This document shows, piece after piece, positions 31,401-46,400 of a stretch of DNA of 64,000 nucleotides. The stretch's first letter is position 1; the number at the start of each line of letters is the position of its first letter. The position numbers and the translations under genes are program-made. The notes under the pieces are model-generated. The model worked only from the letters and a program-made list of their open reading frames with translations. It was not told the origin of the DNA and did no database searches. Source of the stretch: Leucoraja ocellata (lineage: Eukaryota); NCBI GenBank assembly GCA_036785375.1, contig JAWMAR010000116.1, forward strand, positions 2,046,001 through 2,110,000, in the 5' to 3' direction.

Positions 31401-34400
31401 CTGAAGGTGCGACAACATCCCAAACTATCACAGAAGAGAGCTTGTCTCAAACTACAATAGGACAGACGATATCCCAAATTACTGCAGGAGAGACAACGGC
31501 CGAAACGACTGCAGCAGAGAACACTGCCCAAACTTCTGCAGGAGAGACAACGATAAAAACTACTACAGGAGAGATCGTGTCTCCAACTACTGCAGAAGTG
31601 ACTACATCACGAACTATTGAAGTAGAGACCATGTCCCAATCTACAACAGGAAAAATAATTTCGCAAAGTACTGAAGGAGAAAGCACATCTAAAATTACCA
31701 TAGGAGAGACCGCGTCCCAAACTACTACAGGAGAGACCATGTCCGTAATTACAACAGGGGAGATGATGTCTCAATCTACTACAGGAGAGACCACAACCCA
31801 AACAATTGCACCCGTGACTACGGCCCAAGCTACTGCAGGAGTGCTGACATCTGAAATTACTACAGCAGAGACAATGTCCCAAACTAGTTCAGTAGTGACA
31901 ACATCCGAACCTAGTGCAGAACAGACCATGTTCCAATCTTCTACTGAAGAGACCACATTCAAAACTACAACAGGAGAGACTATGTCCCAATCTACAGCAG
32001 TAGAGACAACATCCCAAAATACTGCACCTGCGATCACATCTGAATCTACTACAGGAGAGACAATGTCCCTAACTGCCACAGGTGTGACCATCTCTCAAAC
32101 TATTGTAGTAGAGATGATGTCACAAAGTACAACAGTGGAGACTCAGTCCCAAAAGACATCAAGAGAGACTACAGTGCAAACAACTGCAGGAGAGACCATG
32201 TCCCAGAGAACAGCAGGAGAGACAACGGCTCAATCTACTACAGGAGAGTCCACGTCCAGAGCAAATGCAGGAGAGAGCACGGTCCAATCAACTGGAGGTG
32301 AGAGAACATCTCAAACTACTGCTGGTGACAAGACATCCAAAACTACTACAAGAGAGACAATGTCCCAAACTCCTGCAGGAGAAACCACATCTATACCTAC
32401 TGAAGGAGAGAACACATCTCAACCTACAACAGGACAGACATTGTCCCAAACTACTGCAGGAGAGACCATGTCCCAGAGTACAACAGGAGAGATGATGTCT
32501 CAATCTATCACAGGAGAGACCATGACCCAAACAATTGCACCAGTGACATCAGCCCAAGCTACTACAGAGGAGCTGACATCTGAAACTATTTCAGTAGTGA
32601 CAATATCCCAAACTCCTGTAGAACAGACCATGTTCCAATCTTCAACTGAAGAGACCACATTCAAAACTACAACAGGAGAGACTATGTCCCAATCTACAGC
32701 AGTAGAGACAACATCCCAAAATAATGCACCTGCGATCACATCTGAATCTACTACAGGAGAGACAATGTCCCTAACTGCCATAGGTGAGACCACCTCCCAA
32801 ACTATTGCAGTAGAGATGATCTCCCAAAGTACAACAGTGGAGACTCAGTCCCAAAGTACATCAAGAGAGACTACAGTACATACTACTGCAGGAGAGACAA
32901 CGTCCAGTATTAATGCAGGAGAGAGCACGGCCCATTCTACTGGAGGAGAGACAACATCACAAACTAGTGCTGGAGAGATGGCTTCTGAAATTACTATAGG
33001 AGAGACAATGTCCCAAACTCCAGCAGGAGAAATCACATCCATAACCACAGAAGGAGAGACCACATCCCAACGTACAACACGGCAGATATCGTTTCAAACT
33101 ACGGCAGGAGAGATCATATCCCAAACTTCTGAAGGTGCGACAACATCCCAAACTATCACAGAAGAGAGCTTGTCTCAAACTACAATAGGACAGACGATAT
33201 CCCAAATTACTGCAGGAGAGACAACGGCCGAAACGACTGCAGCAGAGAACACTGCCCAAACTTCTGCAGGAGAGACAACGATAAAAACTACTACAGGAGA
33301 GATCGTGTCTCCAACTACTGCAGAAGTGACTACATCACGAACTATTGAAGTAGAGACCATGTCCCAATCTACAACAGGAAAAATAATTTCGCAAAGTACT
33401 GAAGGAGAAAGCACATCTAAAATTACCATAGGAGAGACCGCGTCCCAAACTACTACAGGAGAGACCATGTCCGTAATTACAACAGGGGAGATGATGTCTC
33501 AATCTACTACAGGAGAGACCACAACCCAAACAATTGCACCCGTGACTACGGCCCAAGCTACTGCAGGAGTGCTGACATCTGAAATTACTACAGCAGAGAC
33601 AATGTCCCAAACTAGTTCAGTAGTGACAACATCCGAACCTAGTGCAGAACAGACCATGTTCCAATCTTCTACTGAAGAGACCACATTCAAAACTACAACA
33701 GGAGAGACTATGTCCCAATCTACAGCAGTAGAGACAACATCCCAAAATACTGCACCTGCGATCACATCTGAATCTACTACAGGAGAGACAATGTCCCTAA
33801 CTGCCACAGGTGTGACCATCTCTCAAACTATTGTAGTAGAGATGATGTCACAAAGTACAACAGTGGAGACTCAGTCCCAAAAGACATCAAGAGAGACTAC
33901 AGTGCAAACAACTGCAGGAGAGACCATGTCCCAGAGAACAGCAGGAGAGACAACGGCTCAATCTACTACAGGAGAGTCCACGTCCAGAGCAAATGCAGGA
34001 GAGAGCACGGTCCAATCAACTGGAGGTGAGAGAACATCTCAAACTACTGCTGGTGACAAGACATCCAAAACTACTACAAGAGAGACAATGTCCCAAACTC
34101 CTGCAGGAGAAACCACATCTATACCTACTGAAGGAGAGAACACATCTCAACCTACAACAGGACAGACATTGTCCCAAACTACTGCAGGAGAGACCATGTC
34201 CCAGAGTACAACAGGAGAGATGATGTCTCAATCTATCACAGGAGAGACCATGACCCAAACAATTGCACCAGTGACATCAGCCCAAGCTACTACAGAGGAG
34301 CTGACATCTGAAACTATTTCAGTAGTGACAATATCCCAAACTCCTGTAGAACAGACCATGTTCCAATCTTCAACTGAAGAGACCACATTCAAAACTACAA

Positions 34401-37400
34401 CAGGAGAGACTATGTCCCAATCTACAGCAGTAGAGACAACATCCCAAAATAATGCACCTGCGATCACATCTGAATCTACTACAGGAGAGACAATGTCCCT
34501 AACTGCCATAGGTGAGACCACCTCCCAAACTATTGCAGTAGAGATGATCTCCCAAAGTACAACAGTGGAGACTCAGTCCCAAAGTACATCAAGAGAGACT
34601 ACAGTACATACTACTGCAGGAGAGACAACGTCCAGTATTAATGCAGGAGAGAGCACGGCCCATTCTACTGGAGGAGAGACAACATCACAAACTAGTGCTG
34701 GAGAGATGGCTTCTGAAATTACTATAGGAGAGACAATGTCCCAAACTCCAGCAGGAGAAATCACATCCATAACCACAGAAGGAGAGACCACATCCCAACG
34801 TACAACACGGCAGATATCGTTTCAAACTACGGCAGGAGAGATCATATCCCAAACTTCTGAAGGTGCGACAACATCCCAAACTATCACAGAAGAGAGCTTG
34901 TCTCAAACTACAATAGGACAGACGATATCCCAAATTACTGCAGGAGAGACAACGGCCGAAACGACTGCAGCAGAGAACACTGCCCAAACTTCTGCAGGAG
35001 AGACAACGATAAAAACTACTACAGGAGAGATCGTGTCTCCAACTACTGCAGAAGTGACTACATCACGAACTATTGAAGTAGAGACCATGTCCCAATCTAC
35101 AACAGGAAAAATAATTTCGCAAAGTACTGAAGGAGAAAGCACATCTAAAACTACCATAGGAGAGACCGCGTCCCAAACTACTACAGGAGAGACCATGTCC
35201 GTAATTACAACAGGGGAGATGATGTCTCAATCTACTACAGGAGAGACCACAACCCAAACAATTGCACCCGTGACTACGGCCCAAGCTACTGCAGGAGTGC
35301 TGACATCTGAAATTACTACAGCAGAGACAATGTCCCAAACTAGTTCAGTAGTGACAACATCCCAACCTACTGCAGAACAGACCATGTTCCAATCTTCTAC
35401 TGAAGAGACCACATTCCAAACTACAACAGGAAAGGCCATGTCGCAATCTACAGCAGTAGAGACCGCATCCCAAAATACTGCACCAGAGATTGCATCTGAA
35501 ACTACTACAGAAGAGACAATGTCCCAAACTGCCACAGGTGTGACCATCTCTCAAACTATTGCAGTAGAGATGATGTCCCAAAGTACAACAGTGGAGACTC
35601 AGTCCCAAAAGACATCAAGAGAGACTACAGTGCAAACTACTGCAGGAGAGACCATGTCCCAGAGAACAGCAGGAGAGACAACGGCTCAATCTACTACAGG
35701 AGAGTCCACATCCAGAGCAAATGCAGGAGAGAGCACGGTCCAATCAACTGGAGGTGAGAGAACATCTCAAACTACTGCTGGTGACAAGACATCCAAAACT
35801 ACTACAAGAGAGACAATGTCCCAAACTCCTGCAGGAGAAACCACATCTATACCTACTGAAGGAGAGACCACATCTCAACCTACAACAGGACAGACATTGT
35901 CCCAAACTACTGCAGGAGAGACCATGTCCCAGAGTACAACAGGAGAGATGATGTCTCAATCTATCACAGGAGAGACCACGACCCAAACAATTGCACCAGT
36001 GACATCAGCCCAAGCTACTACAGAGGAGCTGACATCTGAAACTATTTCAGTAGTGACAATATCCCAAACTCCTGTAGAACAGACCATGTTCCAATCTTCA
36101 ACTGAAGAGATCACATTCAAAACTACAACAGGAGAGACTATGTCCCAATCTACAGCAGTAGAGACCACATCCCAAAATACTGCACCTGAGATCTCATCTG
36201 AATCTACTACAGGAGAGACAATGTCCCTAACTGCCATAGGTGAGACCACCTCCCAAACTATTGCAGTAGAGATGATCTCCCAAAGTACAACAGTGGAGAC
36301 TCAGTCCCAAAGTACATCAAGAGAGACTACAGTGCATACTACTGCTGGAGAGACAACGTCCAGTATTAATGCAGGAGAGAGCACGGCCCATTCTACTGGA
36401 GGAGAGACAACATCACAAACTAGTGCTGGAGAGATGGCTTCTGAAATTACTATAGGAGAGACAATGTCCCAAACTCCAGCAGGAGAAATCACATCCATAA
36501 CCACAGAAGGAGAGACCACATCCCAACGTACAACACGGCAGATATCGTTTCAAACTACGGCAGGAGAGATCATATCCCAAACTTCTGAAGGTGCGACAAC
36601 ATCCCAAACTATCACAGAAGAGAGCTTGTCTCAAACTACAATAGGACAGACGATATCCCAAATTACTGCAGGAGAGACAACGGCCGAAACGACTGCAGCA
36701 GAGAACACTGCCCAAACTTCTGCAGGAGAGACAACGATAAAAACTACTACAGGAGAGATCGTGTCTCCAACTACTGCAGAAGTGACTACATCACGAACTA
36801 TTGAAGTAGAGACCATGTCCCAATCTACAACAGGAAAAATAATTTTGCAAAGTACTGAAGGAGAAAGCACATCTAAAATTACCATAGGAGAGACCGCGTC
36901 CCAAACTACTACAGGAGAGACCATGTCCGTAATTACAACAGGGGAGATGATGTCTCAATCTACTACAGGAGAGACCACAACCCAAACAATTGCACCCGTG
37001 ACTACGGCCCAAGCTACTGCAGGAGTGCTGACATCTGAAATTACTACAGCAGAGACAATGTCCCAAACTAGTTCAGTAGTGACAACATCCGAACCTAGTG
37101 CAGAACAGACCATGTTCCAATCTTCTACTGAAGAGACCGCATTCAAAACTACAACAGGAGAGACTATGTCCCAATCTACAGCAGTAGAGACAACATCCCA
37201 AAATACTGCACCTGCGATCACATCTGAATCTACTACAGGAGAGACAATGTCCCTAACTGCCACAGGTGTGACCATCTCTCAAACTATTGTAGTAGAGATG
37301 ATGTCACAAAGTACAACAGTGGAGACTCAGTCCCAAAAGACATCAAGAGAGACTACAGTGCAAACAACTGCAGGAGAGACCATGTCCCAGAGAACAGCAG

Positions 37401-40400
37401 GAGAGACAACGGCTCAATCTACTACAGGAGAGTCCACGTCCAGAGCAAATGCAGGAGAGAGCACGGTCCAATCAACTGGAGGTGAGAGAACATCTCAAAC
37501 TACTGCTGGTGACAAGACATCCAAAACTACTACAAGAGAGACAATGTCCCAAACTCCTGCAGGAGAAACCACATCTATACCTACTGAAGGAGAGAACACA
37601 TCTCAACCTACAACAGGACAGACATTGTCCCAAACTACTGCAGGAGAGACCATGTCCCAGAGTACAACAGGAGAGATGATGTCTCAATCTATCACAGGAG
37701 AGACCATGACCCAAACAATTGCACCAGTGACATCAGCCCAAGCTACTACAGAGGAGCTGACATCTGAAACTATTTCAGTAGTGACAATATCCCAAACTCC
37801 TGTAGAACAGACCATGTTCCAATCTTCAACTGAAGAGATCACATTCAAAACTACAACAGGAGAGACTATGTCCCAATCTACAGCAGTAGAGACCACATCC
37901 CAAAATACTGCACCTGCGATCACATCTGAATCTACTACAGGAGAGACAATGTCCCTAACTGCCATAGGTGAGACCACCTCCCAAACTATTGCAGTAGAGA
38001 TGATCTCCCAAAGTACAACAGTGGAGACTCAGTCCCAAAGTACATCTAGAGAGACCACAGTGCATACTACTGCTGGAGAGACAACGTCCAGTATTAATGC
38101 AGGAGAGAGCACGGCCCATTCTACTGGAGGAGAGACAACATCACAAACTAGTGCTGGAGAGATGGCTTCTGAAATTACTATAGGAGAGACAATGTCCCAA
38201 ACTCCAGCAGGAGAAATCATATCCATAACCACAGAAGGAGAGACCACATCCCAACGTACAACACGGCAGATATCGTTTCAAACTACGGCAGGAGAGATCA
38301 TATCCCAAACTTCTGAAGGTGCGACAACATCCCAAACTATCACAGAAGAGAGCTTGTCTCAAACTACAATAGGGCAGACGATATCCCAAATTACTGCAGG
38401 AGAGACAACGACCGAAACTACTGCAGCAGAGAACACCGCACAAACTTCTGCAGGAGAGACAATGATAAAAACTACTACAGGAGAGATCGTGTCTCCAACT
38501 ACTGCAGAAGAGACTACATCACGAACTATTGAAGTAGAGACCATGTCCCAATCTACAACAGGAAAAATAATTTCGCAAAGTACTGAAGAAGAAAGCACAT
38601 CTAAAATTACCATAGGAGAGACCGCGTCCCAAACTACTGCAGGAGAGACCATGTCCGTAATTACAACAGGGGAGATGATGTTACAATCTACTACAGGAGA
38701 GACCACAACCCAAACAATTGCACCCGTGACTACGGCCCAAGCTACTGCAGGAGTGCTGACATCTGAAATTACTACAGCAGAGACAATGTCCCAAACTAGT
38801 TCAGTAGTGACAACATCCCAACCTACTGCAGAACAGACCATGTTCCAATCTTTTACTGAAGAGACCACATTCCAAACTACAACAGGAGGGGCCATGTCGC
38901 AATCTACAGCAGTAGAGACCGCATCCCAAAATACTGCACCAGAGATTGCATCTGAAACTACTACAGGAGAGACAATGTCCCAAACTGCCACAGGTGTGAC
39001 CATCTCTCAAACTATTGCAGTAGAGATGATGTCCCAAAGTACAACAGTGGAGACTCAGTCCCAAAATACATCAAGAGAGACTACAGTGCAAACTACTGCT
39101 GGAGAGACCATGTCCCAGAGAACAGCAGGAGAGACAACGGCTCAATCTACTGCAGGAGAGTCCATGTCCAGAGCAAATGCAGGAGAGAGCACGGTCCACT
39201 CAACTGGAGGTGAGAGAACATCTCAAACTACTGCTGGTGACAAGACATCCAAAACTACTACAAGAGAGACAATGTCCCAAACTCCTGCAGGAGAAACCAC
39301 ATCTATACTTACTGAAGGAGAAACCACATCTCAACCTACAACAGGACAGACATTGTCCCAAACTACTGCAGGAGAGACCATGTCCCAGAGTACAACAGGA
39401 GCGATGATGTCTCAATCTATCACAGGAGAGTCCATGACCCAAACAATTGTACCAGTGACATCAGCCCAAGCTACTACAGAGGAGCTGACATCTGAAACTA
39501 TTTCAGTAGTGACAATATCCCAAACTCCTGTAGAACAGACCATGTTCCAATCTTCAACTGAAGAGATCACATTCAAAACTACAACAGGAGAGACTATGTC
39601 CCAATCTACAGCAGTAGAGACCACATCCCAAAATACTGCATCTGAGATCACATCTGAATCTACTACAGGAGAGACAATGTCCCTAACTGCCATAGGTGAG
39701 ACCACCTCCCAAACTATTGCAGTAGAGATGATCTCCCAAAGTACAACAGTGGAGACTCAGTCCCAAAGTACATCAAGAGAGACTACAGTGCATACTACTG
39801 CAGGAGAGACAACGTCCAGTATTAATGCAGGAGAGAGCACGGCCCATTCTACTGGAGGAGAGACAACATCACAAACTAGTGCTGGAGAGATGGCTTCTGA
39901 AATTACTATAGGAGAGACAATGTCCCAAACTCCAGCAGGAGAAATCACATCCATAACCACAGAAGGAGAGACCACATCCCAACGTACAACATGGCAGATA
40001 TTGTTTCAAACTACAGCAGGAGAGATCATATCCCAAACTTCTGAAGTAGCGACAACATCCCAAACTATCACAGAAGAGAGCTTGTCTCAAACTACAAAAG
40101 GACAGACTATATCCCAAATTACTGCAGGAGAGACAATGGCCGAAACGACTGCAGCAGAGAACACCGCCCAAACTTCTGCAGGAGAGACAACGATAAAAAC
40201 TACTACAGGAGAGATCATGTCTCCAACTACTGCAGAAGAGACTACATCACGAACTATTGAAGTAGAGACCATGTCCCAATCTACAACAGGAAAAATAATG
40301 TCCCAAAGTACTGAAGAAGAAAGCACATCTAAAATTACCATAGGAGAGACCGCGTCCCAAACTACTGCAGGAGAGACCATGTCCGTAATTACAACAGGGG

Positions 40401-43400
40401 AGATGATGTTTCAATCTACTACAGGAGAGACCACAACCCAAACAATTGCACCCGTGACTACGGCCCAAGCTACTGCAGGAGTGCTGACATCTGAAATTAC
40501 TACAGCAGAGACAATGTCCCAAACTAGTTCAGTAGTGACAACAACCCAACCTACTGCAGAACAGACCATGTTCCAATCTTCTACTGAAGAGACCACATTC
40601 CAAACTACAACAGGAGAGGCCATGTCGCAATCTACAGCAGTAGAGACTGCATCCCAAAATACTGCACCAGAGATTGCATCTGAAACTACTACAGGAGAGA
40701 AAATGTCCCAAACTGCCACAGGTGTGACCATCTCTCAAACTATTGCAGTAGAGATGATGTCCCAAAGTACAACAGTGGAGACTCAGTCCCAAAAGTCATC
40801 AAGAGAGACTACAGTGAAAACAACTGCAGGAGAGACCATGTCCCAGAGAACAGCAGGAGAGACAACGGCTCAATCTACTACAGGAGAGTCCACGTCCAGA
40901 GCAAATGCAGGAGAGAGCACGGTCCAATCAACTGGAGGTGAGAGAACATCTCAAACTACTGCTGGTGACAAGACATCCAAAACTACTACAAGAGAGACAA
41001 TGTCCCAAACTCCTGCAGGAGAAACCACATCTATACCTACTGAAGGAGAGAACACATCTCAACCTACAACAGGACAGACATTGTCCCAAACTACTGCAGG
41101 AGAGACCATGTTCCAGAGTACAACAGGAGAGATGATGTCTCAATCTATCACAGGAGAGACCATGACCCAAACAATTGCACCAGTGACATCAGCCCAAGCT
41201 ACTACAGAGGAGCTGACATCTGAAACTATTTCAGTAGTGACAATATCCCAAACTCCTGTAGAACAGACCATGTTCCAATCTTCAACTGAAGAGATCACAT
41301 TCAAAACTACAACAGGAGAGACTATGTCCCAATCTACAGCAGTAGAGACCACATCCCAAAATAATGCACCTGCGATCACATCTGAATCTACTACAGGAGA
41401 GACAATGTCCCTAACTGCCATAGGTGAGACCACCTCCCAAACTATTGCAGTAGAGATGATCTCCCAAAGTACAACAGTGGAGACTCAGTCCCAAAGTACA
41501 TCAAGAGAGACCACAGTGCATACTACTGCTGGAGAGACAACGTCCAGTATTAAAGCAGGAGAGAGCACGGCCCATTCTACTGGTGGAGAGACAACATCAC
41601 AAACTAGTGCTGGAGAGATGGCTTCTGAAATTACTATAGGAGAGACAATGTCCCAAACTCCAGCAGGAGAAATCACATCCATAACCACGGAAGGAGAGAC
41701 CACATCCCAACGTACAACACGGCAGACATTGTTTCAAACTACAGCAGGAGAGATCATATCCCAAACTTCTGAAGGTGCAACAACATCCCAAACTATCACA
41801 GAAGAGAGCTTGTCTCAAACTACAATAGGACAGACGATATCCCAAATTACTGCAGGAGAGACAACGGCCGAAACTACTGCAGCAGAGAACACTGCCCAAA
41901 CTTCTGCAGGAGAGACAATGATAAAAACTACTACAGGAGAGATCGTGTCTCCAACTACTGCAGAACAGACTACATCACGAACTATTGAAGTAGAGACCTT
42001 GTCCCAATCTACAACAGGAAAAATAATTTCCCAAAGTACTGAAGAAGAAAGCACATCTAAAATTACCATAGGAGAGACCGCGTCCCAAACTACTGCAGGA
42101 GAGACCATGTCCGTAATTACAACAGGGGAGATGATGTTTCAATCTACTACAGGAGAGACCACATCCCAAACAATTGCACCCGTGACTACGGCCCAAGCTA
42201 CTGCAGGAGTGCTGACATCTGAAATTACTACAGCAGAGACAATGTCCCAAACTAGTTCAGTAGTGACAACATCCCAACCTACTGCAGAACAGACCATATT
42301 CCAATCTTCTACTGAAGAGACCACATTCCAAACTACAACAGGAGAGGCCATGTCGCAATCTACAGCAGTAGAGACCGCATCCCAAAATACTGCACCAGAG
42401 ATTTCATCTGAAACTACTACAGGAGAGACAATGTCCCAAACTGCCACAGGTGTGACCATCTCTCAAACTATTGCAGTAGAGATGATGTCCCAAAGTACAA
42501 CAGTGGAGACTCAGTCCCAAAGTACATCAAGAGAGACTACAGTGCATACTACTGCAGGAGAGACAACGTCCAGTATTAATGCAGGAGAGAGCACGGCCCA
42601 TTCTACTGGAGAAGAGACAACATCACAAACTAGTGCTGGAGAGATGGCTTCTGAAATTGCTATTGGAGAGACAATGTCCCAAACTCCAGCAGGAGAAATC
42701 ACATCCATAACCACGGAAGGAGAGACCACATCCCAACGTACAACACGGCAGACATTGTTTCAAACTACAGCAGGAGAGATCATATCCCAAACTTCTGAAG
42801 GTGCAACAACATCCCAAACTATCACAGAAGAGAGCTTGTCTCAAACTACAATAGGACAGACGATATCCCAAATTACTGCAGGAGAGACAACGGCCGAAAC
42901 TACTGCAGCAGAGAACACCGCCCAAACTTCTGCAGGAGAGACAATGATAAAAACTACTACAGGAGAGATCGTGTCTCCAACTACTGCAGAACAGACTACA
43001 TCACGAACTATTGAAGTAGAGACCTTGTCCCAATCTACAACAGGAAAAATAATTTCCCAAAGTACTGAAGAAGAAAGCACATCTAAAATTACCATAGGAG
43101 AGACCGCGTCCCAAACTACTGCAGGAGAGACCATGTCCGTAATTACAACAGGGGAGATGATGTTTCAATCTACTACAGGAGAGACCACATCCCAAACAAT
43201 TGCACCCGTGACTACGGCCCAAGCTACTGCAGGAGTGCTGACATCTGAAATTACTACAGCAGAGACAATGTCCCAAACTAGTTCAGTAGTGACAACATCC
43301 CAACCTACTGCAGAACAGACCATATTCCAATCTGCTACTGAAGAGACCACATTCCAAACTACAACAGGAGAGGCCATGTCGCAATCTACAGCAGTAGAGA

Positions 43401-46400
43401 CCGCATCCCAAAATACTGCACCAGAGATTGCATCTGAAACTACTACAGGAGAGACAATGTCCCAAACTGCCACAGGTGTGACCATCTCTCAAACTATTGC
43501 AGTAGAGATGATGTCCCAAAGTACAACAGTGGAGACTCAGTCCCAAAGTACATCAAGAGAGACTACAGTGCATACTACTGCAGGAGAGACAACGTCCAGT
43601 ATTAATGCAGGAGAGAGCACGGCCCATTCTACTGGAGAAGAGACAACATCACAAACTAGTGCTGGAGAGATGGCTTCTGAAATTGCTATTGGAGAGACAA
43701 TGTCCCAAACTCCAGCAGGAGAAATCACATCCATAACCACAGAAGGAGAGACCACATCCCAACGTACAACACGGCAGATATCGTTTCAAACTACGGCAGG
43801 AGAGATTATATCCCAATCTTCTGAAGGTGCGACAACATCCCAAACTATCACAGAAGAGAGCTTGTCTCAAACTACAATAGGACAGACGATATCCCAAATT
43901 ACTGCAGGAGAGACAACGGCCGAAACGACTGCAGCAGAGAACACCGCCCAAACCTCTGCAGGAGAGACAACGATAAAAACTACTACAGGAGAGATCGTGT
44001 CTCCAACTACTGCAGAAGAGACTACATCACGAACTATTGAAGTAGAGACCATGTCCCAATCTACAACAGGAAAAATAATTTCGCAAAGTACTGAAGAAGA
44101 AAGCACATCTAAAATTACCATAGGAGAGACCGCGTCCCAAACTACTACAGGAGAGACCATGTCCGTAATTACAACAGGGGAGTTGATGTTTCAATCTACT
44201 ACAGGAGAGACCACAACCCAAACAATTGCACCAGTGACCACGGCCCAAGCCACTACAAGTGAGCTGACATCTGAAATTACTACAGCAGAGACAATGTCCC
44301 AAACTAGTTCAGTAGTGACAATATCACAACCTCCTGAAGAACAGACCATGTTCCAATCTTCTACTGAAGAGATCACATTCCAAACTACAACAGGAGAGAC
44401 CATGTCCCAATCTACTACATTTGAGGCCAAATCCCAAAATACTGCACCAGAGATCACATCTGAAACTACTAAAGGAGAGACAATGTCCCAAACTGCCACA
44501 GGTGAGACCACCTCCCAAACTATTGCAGGAGAGATAATGTCTCAAAGTACAACAATAGAGACTCAGTCCGTAAGTACATCAAGAGAGACTACAGTGCAAA
44601 CTACAGCAGGAGAGACCATGTCCCAGAAAACAGCGGGAGAGACAACGTCTCAAACAACTACAGGAGAGACAATGTCTAAAATTAATGCAGGAGAGAGCAC
44701 AGCCCATTCTACTAGAGGAGAGACAACATCCCAAACTCGTGCTGGAGAGAATGCATCTGAAACTACTACCGGAGAGACCATGTCCCAAACTCCTGCAGGA
44801 GAAATCACATTCATAACCACAGAAGGAGAGACCAAATCCCAACGTACAACAGGACAGACATCATCCCAAACTATGGCAGGAGAGATCATATCCCAAACTA
44901 CTGAAGGAGCGAAAACATCCCAAACTATCACAGAAGAGAGTTTGTCTCAAACTACAATAGCACAAACGATATCCCAAATTACTGCAGGAGAGACAACGGC
45001 CGAAACTACTGCAGCAGAGAACACCGCCCAAACTTCTGCAGGAGAGACAACGACAAAAACTACTACAGGAGAGACCATGTCTCATACTACTGCAGAACAG
45101 ACTACATCACAAACTATCAAAGTAGAGACCATGTCCCAATCTACAACAGGAAAAATCATTTCCCAAAGTACTGAAGAAGAAACCATGTCCAAAATTACCA
45201 TAGCAGAGACCGCGTCCCAAACTACTGCAAGAGAGACCATGTCCCAAATTACAACAGGGGAGATGATGTTTCAATCTACTACAGGAGAGACCACATCCCA
45301 AATTACTGCAAGAGAGATCACATCTGAAACTGCTACAGGAGAGACAATGTCCCAAACTACAACAGTTGAGACGACGCCCCAAACTACTGCAGTAGAAATC
45401 TTATTCCAAACTACTGCAGGGGAGATGATTTCCCAAAGTACAACAGGAAAGACTACAGTCCACACTATTGCAGGAGAGACCGGGTCCCAGAGTACAACAG
45501 GAGATACAATGTCTCAATCTATTACTGGAGAGACCACATCCAGAACTATTGCAGGAGAGACTACGGCCCATTCTACTGGAGGAGAGACAACATCCCAAAC
45601 TACTGCTGAAGTGACCAAGGCCCAAAGTACTACAGTAGAGACAACATCTCTAAGTCCAGAAGGAAAGATCACATCGCAACATACAACAGGACAAACATCC
45701 TCCCAAACTACTTCACGAAAGATTGTGTCCCAAACTACTGAAGGAGAGACAACATCCCAAACGATCACAGATGACACTATGTCTCAAACAACAGGGCGCA
45801 TGATGTCCCAAACTGCACCAGAGACCACAGCCCAAACTACTGCCGGAGAAACCACAGCCCAAACTCAGAAAGGAGAGACAACATTAAAAACTACCACAGG
45901 AGAGACCACGACCCAAACTACTGTAGGAGAGACCACATTCCTAACTACTGAAGGAGTGATCATGTCACAATCTATAACTGGAAAAATAATTTCCCAAAGT
46001 ACTGACGAAGAATCCACGTCCACAACTACTGTAGGAGATACCACGTCCCAAATTATTGCAGGAGGGACCATGTCCCAGAGTACAACAGGAGAGACGATGT
46101 CTCAATCTACTATAGTAGAGACAACATCGCAAACTACTGCAGGAGAGACCACAGCTCAAATTACTGCAGGAGAGATGATGTCCCAAACTACAGTAGGAGA
46201 GTCTATGTCCCCAAGTACAACAGGAGAGACCACACCCAATACTTCTGAAAGAGAAACCATATCCCAAAGTACGACAGGAAGGACAATGTCCCAAACTGCA
46301 ACAGGTGAGACGATGGCCCAAACTACAACAGGAGAGACAATGTTCCAAATTACTACAGGAGAGACCATGTCAAAAACTACCACCGGAGAGATCAGGTCCC

